DNA of 64,000 nucleotides, from assembly GCA_015523485.1 (NCBI GenBank), contig WAKH01000004.1:1667-65666 (forward strand), given 5' to 3'. Positions 19,757 through 29,960 of this stretch are shown here, piece by piece. The translations under genes were made by a program, and so were the position numbers. The number at the start of each line of letters is the position of its first letter. Position 1 is the stretch's first letter. Below the pieces are notes generated by a model. The model was not told where the DNA came from, did no database searches, and saw only the letters and a list, made by a program, of their open reading frames with translations. The DNA comes from Thermodiscus sp. Lineage in GTDB: Archaea; Thermoproteota; Thermoprotei_A; Sulfolobales; Acidilobaceae.

Positions 19757-20260
19757 CTATTGTTCAGGCTCGAGTATAATGAGGTTCTCCTCTCCAACTA
19801 GGATAGCCACGTATTTAGGTGGGTGTGTTCCTGGAATCCAGGCGATGTAGAGAACTGTCGCTTCATGATCAACCCTAATGGTCCTAGTTTCTCCTTTTCC
19901 TGTTAAGACATATGCCAGTACGTCATTCTTCTTTAGGTCATCCCCTTCGTAAGCGTAGAAGATTGTTTGTACACCGCCTACTTCGTAAACATATACTGGC
20001 GTGTTCCGCTGGACGTACATTGCTTTGTCGCCTTTCCAAGGGACTCTGACCGCTATCCCACGCGTCGTTACGCTATTTTCGAGGTCTATTGCAAGCTCTA
20101 GTGCTTTCTCGTATATTGTCTTGCCTAGAGCATTCTCCGCTGGTTCCTTGGTTATTTTGTATCGGTTGTTCGATATGTCCGGGATCAGATATTCGTCAGA
20201 CTCGACTGATTCGACGTATACTATGGGGAATCGATAGTCGCTGGGTGAGTATTCTGACAC
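19757..20260 (-). CDS. DUF2118-family protein
   Basis: P.VYVE N-terminus and EGD...LAYVLTGKGETR motif; lies between gds and gltX. Confidence 0.7.
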   Translation of the reverse strand: MSEYSPSDYRFPIVYVESVESDEYLIPDISNNRYKITKEPAENALGKTIYEKALELAIDLENSVTTRGIAVRVPWKGDKAMYVQRNTPVYVYEVGGVQTIFYAYEGDDLKKNDVLAYVLTGKGETRTIRVDHEATVLYIAWIPGTHPPKYVAILVGEENLIILEPEQ

Positions 20261-21289
20261 CTATTTCTCCCTCTCGATGGAGAATCTTGCTAGTTCTTTT
20301 AAGATGTTGGCGTGTGTTTGGTCTTCTACAAGGCCCGAGGATTCAATATCTTCTATTATTGAGATGGCATTCTGTGAATACGTTTGCGCCAGCTTTATCG
20401 CATAGTCGAGTGCACCGGTTTCTTTGATAATATCTGCTGCTCTCCTTAGAAGCTCTTCGTCTTCTACATTGCCCTTGAGTATCCTGGCCAGTATTTCACG
20501 GTCTTCGCCATGGGAGTGTTTTAGAGCATAAAGGACGAGGATTGTCTTCTTTCCTCTTCTGAGATCGTTGAAGACAGGTTTGCCTGTCTTTTTGGGATCA
20601 CCATATACGCCTAGTATATCGTCCCTTATTTGGAAAGCTATACCCACGAAAGCACCATATTCTCCAAGTCTCTCTATTATGGGCATGGGTGCATTCGCAG
20701 CGATCCCCCCTAGCTTCGCACTTGTTTCAATGAGTGCTCCAGTCTTCAGGTAGATCATGTTAAGATAATCGTGATAATCAACCTCTTCTTCCTCTTCGAA
20801 CCTCATATCATACGCTTGGCCCTGGGAAACCCTTATGCTAGCCTCAGTCAGTGCTTCAACAGCCATTCTGATTTGTTTGTCGGATAGACCTCTTTGACGG
20901 GCTAGTAGTATCGATTTATAGGAGAGGCCGAATAGGAGATCGCCAGCCAGTATGGCTACAGGCTCTCCCCAGACTTTATGGACTGTTTTTACACCTCTCC
21001 TCATCTCATCCTGGTCCATTATATCGTCGTGGATTAACGTGAATGTGTGGAAAACTTCTGTGGCGACCGCTAATGGTAGCGCCTTCGACTCTGCTTCTTG
21101 TCCTCCTAGCATTCTAGCAACTGCTAGTGTTATAATCGGCCTAAGCCTCTTTCCACCAGCCCTTATCAGGTGTAGCGAGGCTTCATAGAGATGCTCTGGG
21201 CTTCCCTTCACTAGTTCTTTATAGATGAATAAGTCGATGAGTGATGGGTACTTTTCTAAGGCTTTTGCAAGGTTACTGTATGACTCCAT
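20261..21289 (-). CDS. gds: Geranylgeranyl diphosphate synthase (polyprenyl synthetase)
   Basis: GGKRLRP, FARM LIHDDIMD..RRG, GQAYD, KTG, SARM FQIRDD. Confidence 0.94.
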   Translation of the reverse strand: MESYSNLAKALEKYPSLIDLFIYKELVKGSPEHLYEASLHLIRAGGKRLRPIITLAVARMLGGQEAESKALPLAVATEVFHTFTLIHDDIMDQDEMRRGVKTVHKVWGEPVAILAGDLLFGLSYKSILLARQRGLSDKQIRMAVEALTEASIRVSQGQAYDMRFEEEEEVDYHDYLNMIYLKTGALIETSAKLGGIAANAPMPIIERLGEYGAFVGIAFQIRDDILGVYGDPKKTGKPVFNDLRRGKKTILVLYALKHSHGEDREILARILKGNVEDEELLRRAADIIKETGALDYAIKLAQTYSQNAISIIEDIESSGLVEDQTHANILKELARFSIEREK

Positions 21290-22431
21290 GATCTAACCCT
21301 CAATGGCTCCAACCTAACAAGGGAAATGTAACGCTCTAAATCTATTCCTCTCATAGTTAATTCTTCCTTTAGTTTACCAGTTATAGTGATGGGTGTCCTC
21401 CACAGATCCCAAGGCGTTCTACTACCAGTTAAGTATAGGATCGTCTTCACTTGGTAGAGTATGTTATCAATGTATTCTCTGAGACCCTCGTAGCCGTTCC
21501 TGAGGAGGACCTTTAGCGCTGGTAGCGCAATACCCGCTATATCCGCGCCGAGAGCAAGAACTTTACCAACATCTAGACCGTTCCGCACACCGCCACTACC
21601 GACAATGTATGCGCCGGGTGCTGCATACCTGGCTTCGACTACAGCTATAGCGGTCGGGTTCCCCCAGTAATCGGCTAAGGGACCCGCTGGTAAGGGCTTC
21701 TCTCCTCGCAGAGCTGACCTGATTACCTCAACCTTTACCCAGTTAGTGCCGCCCAAACCAGCTACGTCGAAGCACTTGACGCCTAGATTGTAGAGTTCAC
21801 GTATTGTTTCGTAGGAGAGGCCAGTACCAGTTTCCTTAATTATTACGGGTGTGTCTAATCCGTCGGCTAACTCAACGATTCGAGTGATCACATTCCTATA
21901 GTAGGGATCGCCCTCCTTTTGGTATGCTTCCTGAGCCGGATTCAGGTGGATAGCGATGGCATCTGCTTCAATCATGTTTATAGCTTCGAGCGCCTCTCTC
22001 AGTCCATAACTTTTTGAGAGCTGGGGTGCCCCAATGTTAGCCACTAGGAAAGCGTTGGGAGCAGCCTCGCGTGCTACCTTGTACGTGTAGATAAGATTGG
22101 GGTCCTCGATGCCAGCCCGCTGGCTACCTACTCCCATTATCAAGCCATATTCTTCCGCGACCCTTGCAAGTTCCTGGTTTATCTTGGCCACGTCGGGATG
22201 TCCGCCCGTCATGCCAGTAATCATGAGTGGGGTCTCTACACGCCTTCCACAGAATTCGGTTTCAAGTTTCACATCGTCTAAATCTAGTTCAGGCAAGGGA
22301 TTGTGGACTAGTCTAACATTTTCTAGGAGAGTGGTGTGCAGGGATTCTACGCCTCTTTCCAATACTGCCCTTATGTGGTCTAGTTTTCTCTCTCGTGTCA
22401 AATTATTCTCTACGTTATTTTCTTCTACCAC
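21256..22431 (-). CDS. fni: Type 2 isopentenyl-diphosphate isomerase
   Basis: RKLDH, GMTGG, GVGSQR, HLNPAQE, KETGTG, AGLGGTNW. Confidence 0.95.
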   Translation of the reverse strand: MVEENNVENNLTRERKLDHIRAVLERGVESLHTTLLENVRLVHNPLPELDLDDVKLETEFCGRRVETPLMITGMTGGHPDVAKINQELARVAEEYGLIMGVGSQRAGIEDPNLIYTYKVAREAAPNAFLVANIGAPQLSKSYGLREALEAINMIEADAIAIHLNPAQEAYQKEGDPYYRNVITRIVELADGLDTPVIIKETGTGLSYETIRELYNLGVKCFDVAGLGGTNWVKVEVIRSALRGEKPLPAGPLADYWGNPTAIAVVEARYAAPGAYIVGSGGVRNGLDVGKVLALGADIAGIALPALKVLLRNGYEGLREYIDNILYQVKTILYLTGSRTPWDLWRTPITITGKLKEELTMRGIDLERYISLVRLEPLRVRSWSHTVTLQKP

Positions 22432-23203
22432 GGTTAACCAGCCTCTTCTGGGAGTCTACTATAATGGATCCTGCCTCTCCACCGCCGAGTACCTTCTCTA
22501 GGCCATCTATGTCTAGAATTCTTATTTCAACGTCGTGGTTACTACTGTATTCTAATGCGGCATGCACTTTCTTCTTCATTCCGCCAGTTACATCGTAACC
22601 CTTTGTTCCAAGGTCGGATACTTGATCGATGTTCGTGACTCTCCTTATGATTTGGCCTTCTTTGTCCAGCACTCCTGGCTCGCTGGTTACGAAGTATATT
22701 TTTCTGGCTCCGAGGGCGGAGGATATCCAGAAGGCCAGATCATCGCCGCTGATTATTGCGTATCCCCTGTCTCCATAGACTATGTCGCCATAAGTCATGG
22801 GGACAAGGCCGTTCTCGAGGTCTTCATATAGCAGTTCAAAGTTACAATCAGCCGATTTTCTACAGAGCACATGGCCGGGGTATAGGGTTACTGGGATGCC
22901 TTCATCTATGAAGGCCTTGGTGATTATTGTTGCTAGCTCTAGCATCTTATACTGGACAAATGCGACATCTATAACGTCGAGTATACCCTTACGTTGACTA
23001 ATCTCGCTGACAGCGGTGTGCCCGAAACTTCCCCCTCCATGGACTAGTACTAGGCGTTTACCGGCTCTGTAATTCTTGAATATTATTTTTGATAATCTTT
23101 TAATTGCGTCATGGTTGACTGTGTATGGTTTCTCTTTGACGGTTACAACGCTTCCTCCTAACTTGATTACGATTGGTTCAACTAGTTCCTTACTGTGAAT
23201 CAC
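22415..23203 (-). CDS. ipk: Isopentenyl phosphate kinase
   Basis: KLGGS, VHGGGSFGH, ISGDD, DVTGGM; adjacent to fni. Confidence 0.92.
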   Translation of the reverse strand: MIHSKELVEPIVIKLGGSVVTVKEKPYTVNHDAIKRLSKIIFKNYRAGKRLVLVHGGGSFGHTAVSEISQRKGILDVIDVAFVQYKMLELATIITKAFIDEGIPVTLYPGHVLCRKSADCNFELLYEDLENGLVPMTYGDIVYGDRGYAIISGDDLAFWISSALGARKIYFVTSEPGVLDKEGQIIRRVTNIDQVSDLGTKGYDVTGGMKKKVHAALEYSSNHDVEIRILDIDGLEKVLGGGEAGSIIVDSQKRLVNRGRRK

Positions 23204-23209
23204 TTTTTA

Positions 23210-23989
23210 TCACCAGCAGTGTATCTCGAACTCCCCAGGCAACCCCGGTTCCAATAAACAGTTGGGAGGTGGGTATTCAATCCTCCAGGTGCTTGTTATA
23301 ATACTGTTTTGAAGTCTACCCAACGTATCAACAATGGCTGCAAGTGATTCATTCTCCCTAATACGTACCGTTCCTTCTAGGACTAGCACACCGACTAGAT
23401 GCACGAGTGCATTATATACGTCGCCGCCTAGATTATCGCGTAAGAGAAACTGGGATTTAGCCTCTACTACCCCTTTGAAGATCGTGTCGGCTGTCCTTTT
23501 TACATCAATCTTGGCGAACTCCTCATCATTGCGATATACTGCTGGTGTCCCAGTAATCACAGAGTATCTTAGGGCATCTATAACATAGGACCAACCACTA
23601 GGTTTATCGAAGGGATCGGCGTATCTAGCTAACTCGATTATCTCCCATGAGTCAAGACTCTCTCCATAGTATTTAGCTATAGCATACATTAACAGGGTGG
23701 TTAGTAATGCATATGTGCCAGCTGGACTATTTGAACCGTTTAATCTCGCATCTACCTCTACACATATGTTCTTTGAGATCTCATCAAGGTTCTTAACGAA
23801 CGACTTGACTAGGTTGCCAACGCTTTCAGGGACACCATTGACGGATATTGATGTAGGGTTACATTTCTCGAACTTGAATGAAGCACTCGCCTTCCGAGTA
23901 GGCACTGCGAGGAAGGGGTTCTCGGATGTTGATAGTGGTACTCCGAGAAGGATGACTGGTATCCTCGCTGCTAGCTTGTACTCCTTCAT
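23210..23989 (-). CDS. Hypothetical protein, probably a degenerate GHMP-kinase (mevalonate kinase-like) homolog
   Basis: Occupies the usual mvk position (MEMO1-X-ipk-fni); vestigial PVILLG..P.LA.P N-terminus and PSG...D; lacks GLGSS and GAGGGG. Confidence 0.5.
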   Translation of the reverse strand: MKEYKLAARIPVILLGVPLSTSENPFLAVPTRKASASFKFEKCNPTSISVNGVPESVGNLVKSFVKNLDEISKNICVEVDARLNGSNSPAGTYALLTTLLMYAIAKYYGESLDSWEIIELARYADPFDKPSGWSYVIDALRYSVITGTPAVYRNDEEFAKIDVKRTADTIFKGVVEAKSQFLLRDNLGGDVYNALVHLVGVLVLEGTVRIRENESLAAIVDTLGRLQNSIITSTWRIEYPPPNCLLEPGLPGEFEIHCW

Positions 23990-24009
23990 GCGCCATCACT
24001 ATTGTCACG

Positions 24010-24876
24010 CTACTCTGATTGGGCCGGGAACTTTATAGATGCGTAACCTACTACCCAGTCTTTCTCACCAGTAATATCGCCCGAGGTTGCATGCTTCAAC
24101 AGTATTGGTTTTGGCGATACTGTCTTCAAGGCATAATTTATTAATGCGGCGACACCGACAGGACCACACATCGTGATGTTATATCTTTCCAATTCTTGAT
24201 AGAGGCCTGCATCATCTAGTGCAATGATCTTTGATATCGCTAGTTGATCTTTCTCTACCGTAACGTCATGTGGCTCATAGTGGTTGAAGTCAGTGCTGGC
24301 CAACACCACCATGTCTATACCGTGTTCTTCGTGTATTTTGGCGAGGGTCGTGCCTAAGTCCCGTGCAACCTCTAACGTCTGCACGTATATCGTGATAGGA
24401 ACAATAGGCACATTTCCATAAATGTACTGTATAAAGGGTACTTGGACTTCTAAGCTATGCTCATACATGTGTGCTTCGTTATCGAATGAGAAGAACTGGG
24501 AATATTCGACTACTAGCTTGGCAACATCCTTTTCGACGTCTATTACGCCGAGCGGTGTCTCCCAGGCGTCTCCCTTGTATACTGCGGCACCTAGGCCTAT
24601 TCCATTATGGTTTGGACCTATTATCACAATGACGTCCGGCTTTTTGCGATGTGCCAAATCATAGTAGGCATGAGCAGCGACTGGTCCACTATACATGTAT
24701 CCCGCATGTGGGACCACATAGCCTATTGAGTGCCTATGTTCTCCTCCCCTTACAGGGAGTTTTCCTGGTCCATGAGGGTGGAGGAAGGAGTTCTCTATAG
24801 CCTCAATTAGTGCATCTTTACGTGCGGGATAGAAGGTGCCTGCATGTGCAGGCCTTCGGATCTCGCGTAATGTCAT
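24010..24876 (-). CDS. MEMO1-family protein (AmmeMemoRadiSam protein B)
   Basis: AHAGTFYP, PHAGYMYSG, GPNH, EHSLEVQ, STDFNHY, TMCG. Confidence 0.92.
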   Translation of the reverse strand: MTLREIRRPAHAGTFYPARKDALIEAIENSFLHPHGPGKLPVRGGEHRHSIGYVVPHAGYMYSGPVAAHAYYDLAHRKKPDVIVIIGPNHNGIGLGAAVYKGDAWETPLGVIDVEKDVAKLVVEYSQFFSFDNEAHMYEHSLEVQVPFIQYIYGNVPIVPITIYVQTLEVARDLGTTLAKIHEEHGIDMVVLASTDFNHYEPHDVTVEKDQLAISKIIALDDAGLYQELERYNITMCGPVGVAALINYALKTVSPKPILLKHATSGDITGEKDWVVGYASIKFPAQSE

Positions 24877-24938
24877 CTATAGACCCCTATTAGAATCATA
24901 GTCGAGGAGGGTAGAATAAGGATATGGTGTTTAGTAGG

Positions 24939-25559
24939 TTATCTTCTTATCCTGCTGGCCATGAAGGCCTCGTATTCGACGTCAAGAGAATCTGTCGGGC
25001 CGATCTCTCCCCTGCTTCTCAGGATTTCCCTTGTTAGTATCCAGTATAGGAGGGCTAGACTCCTTCTTCCCTTGTTGTTAGCCGGGATGACGAGGTCTAT
25101 GTTCTCAATCCTGTTATCAGTGTCTGCAAAGGCTACGACGGGGACTCCTATCTTCGTCGCCTCTATGACGGCTTGCTTGTCGGTTCTCGGGTCGGTTACG
25201 AATACTACGTCGGGTTCCATGTAATACTCCAGATATGGGTTCGTGAAGATTCCTGGGATTACGCGGCCAGTTATCGCTTTACAACCCACTCTTTCACACA
25301 TCATCCTAGCAGGCTTCTGGCCATATAGCCTGACGGATACAACAGCTATCTTCTCCGGCGGGAATTTTGAGAGGAAGTTAGCTGCCACTCTCAGGCGCTC
25401 ATCAATCTTAGCCACGTCAAGTAGGTAGAATCCGTCTGGCAGTATCTTATAGGTGAATCTCTTCATATACTTGGTACAGATCTGAGTTCCGAACACCACT
25501 CCAGCCTTCCTATACATCTCCGCTGGAACCAGTAGTTCCCTTGATACAGGCGCGCTCAT
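24939..25559 (-). CDS. rps2: 30S ribosomal protein S2
   Basis: [29 protein letters not shown]. Confidence 0.95.
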   Translation of the reverse strand: MSAPVSRELLVPAEMYRKAGVVFGTQICTKYMKRFTYKILPDGFYLLDVAKIDERLRVAANFLSKFPPEKIAVVSVRLYGQKPARMMCERVGCKAITGRVIPGIFTNPYLEYYMEPDVVFVTDPRTDKQAVIEATKIGVPVVAFADTDNRIENIDLVIPANNKGRRSLALLYWILTREILRSRGEIGPTDSLDVEYEAFMASRIRR

Positions 25560-25816
25560 ATCTCACCACCCACTCCCTTCGAGGGCACCGAGTATAGTTT
25601 AACTCTAAGCTCCCTAGTCCTGGGGGAGTCAAACAAGGCGACTTTATCAATATACGTGACGGCGGTGAACAACATTCTCCTACAACAATACCTCTTTACT
25701 CCAAGCTCGTCAAGTACCTTTTCAGGATCTTCACCAGCCGAAACCCTGTCCATAAAAGGTTTCCATAAATGCCCAAGGGGCGCACCGCACGTAAAACATC
25801 TTAGTGGTTGTAGCAT
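25556..25816 (-). CDS. rpoN: RNA polymerase subunit N (Rpo10)
   Basis: PLRCFTCG...RYCCRRML. Confidence 0.95.
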   Translation of the reverse strand: MLQPLRCFTCGAPLGHLWKPFMDRVSAGEDPEKVLDELGVKRYCCRRMLFTAVTYIDKVALFDSPRTRELRVKLYSVPSKGVGGEI

Positions 25817-25823
25817 TACAGCA

Positions 25824-26273
25824 TCACCTGTAGGACTTCTGCCATCTCCTCCTGGCGCTATATCTCATGTACTTCTCCGGCTCCGTCCTTCTTGGGTCTC
25901 CGGCTAGCATCGACCTGTCATGTTCTTCGAAGATTTGTTTTAGAGCTTCGTGTAGCTTGTTCATCCTTTCGCACTCTGCTCCTCCACCCTCGCACTTGAA
26001 GAATTCAAGTATGCCCCTTGCGATCGCCATTTTGACTGCTTCAGCTTGTCCCATAAACCCGCCTCCTTCTACTACAACCTTTATGTCAAGCATTGACCTG
26101 ATTTGCCTACCAGCAAGTAGTAGAGGCTCCATCATCTTGGCCCTAGCTAGTTCTGGAGTGACGAATTCTATTGGTATACCGTTTATCCAGACCCTGCCCT
26201 TTCCGGGCTTTATTATGGCTCTAGCTATAGCTGTTTTCCTCTTACCGCTTGCTATCACTATCTTGCTCTTCAC
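25824..26273 (-). CDS. rps9: 30S ribosomal protein S9
   Basis: GKRKTAIARA, GGGFMGQAEA, C-terminal QKSYR. Confidence 0.96.
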   Translation of the reverse strand: MKSKIVIASGKRKTAIARAIIKPGKGRVWINGIPIEFVTPELARAKMMEPLLLAGRQIRSMLDIKVVVEGGGFMGQAEAVKMAIARGILEFFKCEGGGAECERMNKLHEALKQIFEEHDRSMLAGDPRRTEPEKYMRYSARRRWQKSYR

Positions 26274-26734
26274 TCTACCTCACCCTTCCATCCCAACTCC
26301 TTCGCTATTCTACCGAGTTCGACGTAGCTCCTCGCTAATCTGCTGGAGTCAGCCTCCTTAAATTTAACCAGCTCCTTGCCCTTGAAGTCCTCTGGCACAC
26401 CAACATATACTTTCAATCGCTTTAACGCTTCCCTTCCCCGCTTATTGTGTTTGGGAAGCATTCCCCAAACGGTATCCTTGAACAAGCGGATTGGGGATCT
26501 AGGCCTCTTAGGCCTCCACTTGTGAGCGTGATGGCTTCTTACTGAGAGGATTGTCCTCTTGTATGCCTTTATTACCTCGCTGGGCTTACCGCTCACAACT
26601 ACTTTGTCGACGTTAACAACAACTACCTTGTAGCCCTCCAATAGCTTCTTTGCAATGATACTGGCAAGTCTACCTAGGATTAACCCCGAACCATCAACGA
26701 TTATCTCTTTGGACTTTACAGTCTCGGACACCAC
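26270..26734 (-). CDS. rpl13: 50S ribosomal protein L13
   Basis: LGRLASIIAK, WGMLP, LKVYVGVP. Confidence 0.95.
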   Translation of the reverse strand: MVSETVKSKEIIVDGSGLILGRLASIIAKKLLEGYKVVVVNVDKVVVSGKPSEVIKAYKRTILSVRSHHAHKWRPKRPRSPIRLFKDTVWGMLPKHNKRGREALKRLKVYVGVPEDFKGKELVKFKEADSSRLARSYVELGRIAKELGWKGEVE

Positions 26735-26742
26735 TTACCACC

Positions 26743-27105
26743 TCACACGATTATCCTGGTCTTCTTACCCTCCGGGTTCTCGCGAAGAGCTTGTGATAAC
26801 GTTAACGCCCGTGAGCCGGCCGCTTTAATCTTCTCCAACGCTGACTCGGAGAATGAGAAGGCGGCGATTGTGACCTTCTTTTCAAGCAATCCTCCACCTA
26901 GCACCTTTCCTGGAACTATCACCATCTCGCCTTCCTCGGCATAACGATTGATCTTAGACAGATTTACCTCGACCCTCCTCCTTGTCGGCTTTACTAGGTA
27001 CTCGGCTACCGCTTCCCAAACCGGGGCCTTATTTCTTCTAGCCGCTTTTCTCAACTCGTCCGCGAGCTTCCTAGCCAATATGTTCGTCGGACCCGTCCTC
27101 TTCAC
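26743..27105 (-). CDS. rpl18e: 50S ribosomal protein L18e
   Basis: [23 protein letters not shown]. Confidence 0.95.
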   Translation of the reverse strand: MKRTGPTNILARKLADELRKAARRNKAPVWEAVAEYLVKPTRRRVEVNLSKINRYAEEGEMVIVPGKVLGGGLLEKKVTIAAFSFSESALEKIKAAGSRALTLSQALRENPEGKKTRIIV

Positions 27106-27962
27106 ATTCCCTCACCTTTTGCCTCCTTTAGGCTAGCCAGTAGCGCCTTAGCCCTGGACTCTAGGGCCTCAATGGATTCTAAAACTATTTTCTCTGGTGG
27201 GAGAGCACCAGTAGATTCAATAGTGAGGATAAGCTTATCCTCACTATATACGACCTCGATCGCGCCAGAACACTCAGACTCAGCACAGTATAATAGACCG
27301 CTCGTATTGGTGTCCGGTGGGATCTCGATAGTCCCCTTTGACTTGGACTTCAATTTCTTTACGAGGTCTGGATAGGATTGGAGGCATTTTAAGCACTCTT
27401 TAGACGCCTTGGAACCATCATAGTTAACCTGGGTTGAATATCTTAGGATCGCCACTGTTGCAGGACTCCACTTGGAGTGCTCCTTACCCCTACCCAGCCT
27501 AGCATAGGCTACGGCGTGGACTCTCTGACCCGGGATGAGGTAGAGTAGCGGAGTTTCAGGATATACTATCCTTGTAATGTTTGAATCTATTGCTATCTCC
27601 CCCGCTAGTACGTATCGGCCTTGCTGTTCCTTCTCGTCAACCTCAACGTTGAGTATTAACTTAACAAAGCAAGACTCGTCCGACTCGTCGGCATTGATGC
27701 ATTCTTCTGGCGATTTGAGCTTCTTTATGGCCTCCGAGCTATCGAGAACCACTAGACCCATTCTATGGGCGAGGATCTCGTCGAACACGCTTGAGGAGTT
27801 CTCGTAGATATGTAGGAAGTCCACTGCTAAAGTGGGTACGTCTGAGAGGGCTAGCCTCCTTAGTGCATTGACAAGTACTACGGGATAGCCGGATATTTGT
27901 AACCGTATCTCGTTGTCCTTCTTCTCCAGCACCTGGATGGATTTGCTTGAACTCTTAGGCAA
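27102..27962 (-). CDS. rpoD: RNA polymerase subunit D (Rpo3)
   Basis: NALRR...[41 protein letters not shown]. Confidence 0.94.
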   Translation of the reverse strand: MPKSSSKSIQVLEKKDNEIRLQISGYPVVLVNALRRLALSDVPTLAVDFLHIYENSSSVFDEILAHRMGLVVLDSSEAIKKLKSPEECINADESDESCFVKLILNVEVDEKEQQGRYVLAGEIAIDSNITRIVYPETPLLYLIPGQRVHAVAYARLGRGKEHSKWSPATVAILRYSTQVNYDGSKASKECLKCLQSYPDLVKKLKSKSKGTIEIPPDTNTSGLLYCAESECSGAIEVVYSEDKLILTIESTGALPPEKIVLESIEALESRAKALLASLKEAKGEGM

Positions 27963-27988
27963 TATACAAACACCTCAGGATTGGCTGG

Positions 27989-28390
27989 CTAGACTCTTCT
28001 ACCTCTCCTACCGCCTGGACGCCTTGTCGTGTCGTGTGGTATCGGCGTAACGTCTTCAATCCTACCAATTATGAATCCTGCCCTGGCTAGTGCTCTAATA
28101 GCTGCCTGTGCCCCTGGCCCTGGAGTCTTTGGGCCATGACCTCCGGGTGCTCTAACCTTTATGTGGATAGCTACAATCCCCCTAGCCATCGCCTGTTGAG
28201 CTGCCCTGCTGGCGGCGATCATAGCAGCGTAGGGCGATGGCTTCTCTCTGTCTGCTCTAACAACCATACCACCGGTTACACGAGCAACGGTCTCTGCTCC
28301 AGTTAGGTCAGTGATGTGCACGATTGTATTGTTGAAGCTGCTATAGATATGGGCCACACCCCACTTGAGTTCTCTCATTGGAAACGCCAT
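27989..28390 (-). CDS. rps11: 30S ribosomal protein S11
   Basis: [23 protein letters not shown]. Confidence 0.97.
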   Translation of the reverse strand: MAFPMRELKWGVAHIYSSFNNTIVHITDLTGAETVARVTGGMVVRADREKPSPYAAMIAASRAAQQAMARGIVAIHIKVRAPGGHGPKTPGPGAQAAIRALARAGFIIGRIEDVTPIPHDTTRRPGGRRGRRV

Positions 28391-28408
28391 ACTACGTCAC
28401 CTCCCCCC

Positions 28409-28915
28409 TTACTCTGCCTCCTTTGCACGCTCCTTAAATGGGCTACCCGGTGCATAGTCTACCAGCGGCTCCTCGTGGCGCCAGACTAGGTACCCTGGAG
28501 AGGTTACCCTTCTACCTCCTATGGCTATGTGACCGTGAACTATGAGTTGCCTGGCCTGGTATATTGTCCTCGCCAATCCCTTCTTGTAGACGATCGTTTG
28601 AAGCCTCCTCTCCAGTATATCGGCCGCAGTTATGCCGAGAATGTCGTCCAGTGTTGCATCCTTCTCAACTAGTCCCATAGCGTATAGCCTATCGAGAAGG
28701 GCTCTGGTCTGCTTCTCCCTTATTTCTTCTGGCAGGGCGAGTAGTTGTCTGGCCCTGTGCCTTAGCTTACGGGCAAGGGTCCCCGCTATCCATAGCTCCC
28801 TCTTGTTCTTCAACCCATACTTTCCTACAAGCTCTATCTCTGCAAGTAGCCTCTCTTTAATCCAGGGATGCTTAGGGCCAATCCACTTCTTCCTAGGCTT
28901 TCTCGGATCACCCAT
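28409..28915 (-). CDS. rps4: 30S ribosomal protein S4
   Basis: [30 protein letters not shown]. Confidence 0.97.
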   Translation of the reverse strand: MGDPRKPRKKWIGPKHPWIKERLLAEIELVGKYGLKNKRELWIAGTLARKLRHRARQLLALPEEIREKQTRALLDRLYAMGLVEKDATLDDILGITAADILERRLQTIVYKKGLARTIYQARQLIVHGHIAIGGRRVTSPGYLVWRHEEPLVDYAPGSPFKERAKEAE

Positions 28916-28928
28916 GTCCTAGCCACCC

Positions 28929-29384
28929 CTACCTCTTCTTCCTTACTCCTACAGTCATGCCGAGCCTTCCGGTTGTTCCAGTCCTCTGGCCTCTCACCTT
29001 TAGTCCTAGCTTATGCCTGACTCCACGCCACGAACCTATCCTGATTTCTCTTTCAATGTCTCTCCTTGCATGGAATAGCAATTCTGGGCCGATCAAGTGC
29101 TTGTCTAGTCCCGTTTCATAGTCTTTCCTTCTATTGTACATCCACGATGGTAGGCCAAGCTTGGTTAGATCGTTGACAACCTCCTCTATCTTTCTCACTT
29201 CCTCCTCGGTTAGGAATCCGGTCCTCATGTTTGGATCAAGTCCTAGGAGCCTGATAATTGCGAGTGCGGTTGTATAGCCTATTCCCTTTATCTCTGCTAA
29301 CCCATATGGTAGCTTCAGTTTACCATCTATGTCGGTTCCAGCAATCCTTACTATGTACCTGAATTGCCTCCCCTCTAGTGACAC
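28929..29384 (-). CDS. rps13: 30S ribosomal protein S13
   Basis: IKGIG, NRRKD, RHKLGLKVRGQRT. Confidence 0.97.
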   Translation of the reverse strand: MSLEGRQFRYIVRIAGTDIDGKLKLPYGLAEIKGIGYTTALAIIRLLGLDPNMRTGFLTEEEVRKIEEVVNDLTKLGLPSWMYNRRKDYETGLDKHLIGPELLFHARRDIEREIRIGSWRGVRHKLGLKVRGQRTGTTGRLGMTVGVRKKR

Positions 29385-29469
29385 TTCTTACTTCACCCTT
29401 CCTCTATACCCCTAGCTACCTTGGAAACCGGCCGTTTTAAGGGTATAAAATGTGTGTGCTGGTTGTTTG

Positions 29470-29853
29470 CTAGACTCCAGCCTTAGCTCTTAGCTCCTTT
29501 ACCTTCTCTATTATCTCTTTGACTAGCGCCTCTGCCTCTCCTGGATCAATTATCGCTGCGGATGCTGCCTGTACTTCGATGCCTGCCGCCTCTCCTAGCT
29601 TCTTCTTGTTTGGTACATAGACGTAGGGTATCTTCTTCTCGTCACATAGAACTGGAAGGTGTGCCACAATCTCTGGTGGGTCTACGTCCTCTGCTATTAC
29701 TACTAGCTTAGCGATCCCTCTCTCACATGCCTTGGTCGTCTCGTTGGTTCCCTTCTTTATCTTACCTGAAGACCTTGCTTTCTCGACTGCCTCGTATACC
29801 TTCTGGGCTAGATCCTCCGGGACCTCGAATTTTACGTAAAACGGCTTACTCAT
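29470..29853 (-). CDS. rpl7ae: 50S ribosomal protein L7Ae (k-turn binding)
   Basis: [27 protein letters not shown]. Confidence 0.97.
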   Translation of the reverse strand: MSKPFYVKFEVPEDLAQKVYEAVEKARSSGKIKKGTNETTKACERGIAKLVVIAEDVDPPEIVAHLPVLCDEKKIPYVYVPNKKKLGEAAGIEVQAASAAIIDPGEAEALVKEIIEKVKELRAKAGV

Positions 29854-29858
29854 TTTTC

Positions 29859-29885
29859 ATCCTCCTCCCCTATCTGGGTCGTCTC
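29859..29885 (-). promoter_or_regulatory. Candidate k-turn in the rpl7ae 5' UTR overlapping the SD (L7Ae autoregulation)
   Basis: Minus strand AGACGA-CCC-AGAUA-GGG-GAG-GAGGAU: CCC/GGG helix, 3-nt bulge, tandem G-A/A-G pairs, then a G-C pair; TATA-like CTTAAATA at 29910-29917. Confidence 0.65.
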
Positions 29886-29960
29886 ACAATCAACGTGGCT
29901 CCCTAAGGGTATTTAAGTTATCTCGGGTAATTGGAATGTGGTAACATGGAGGGAATGCAT

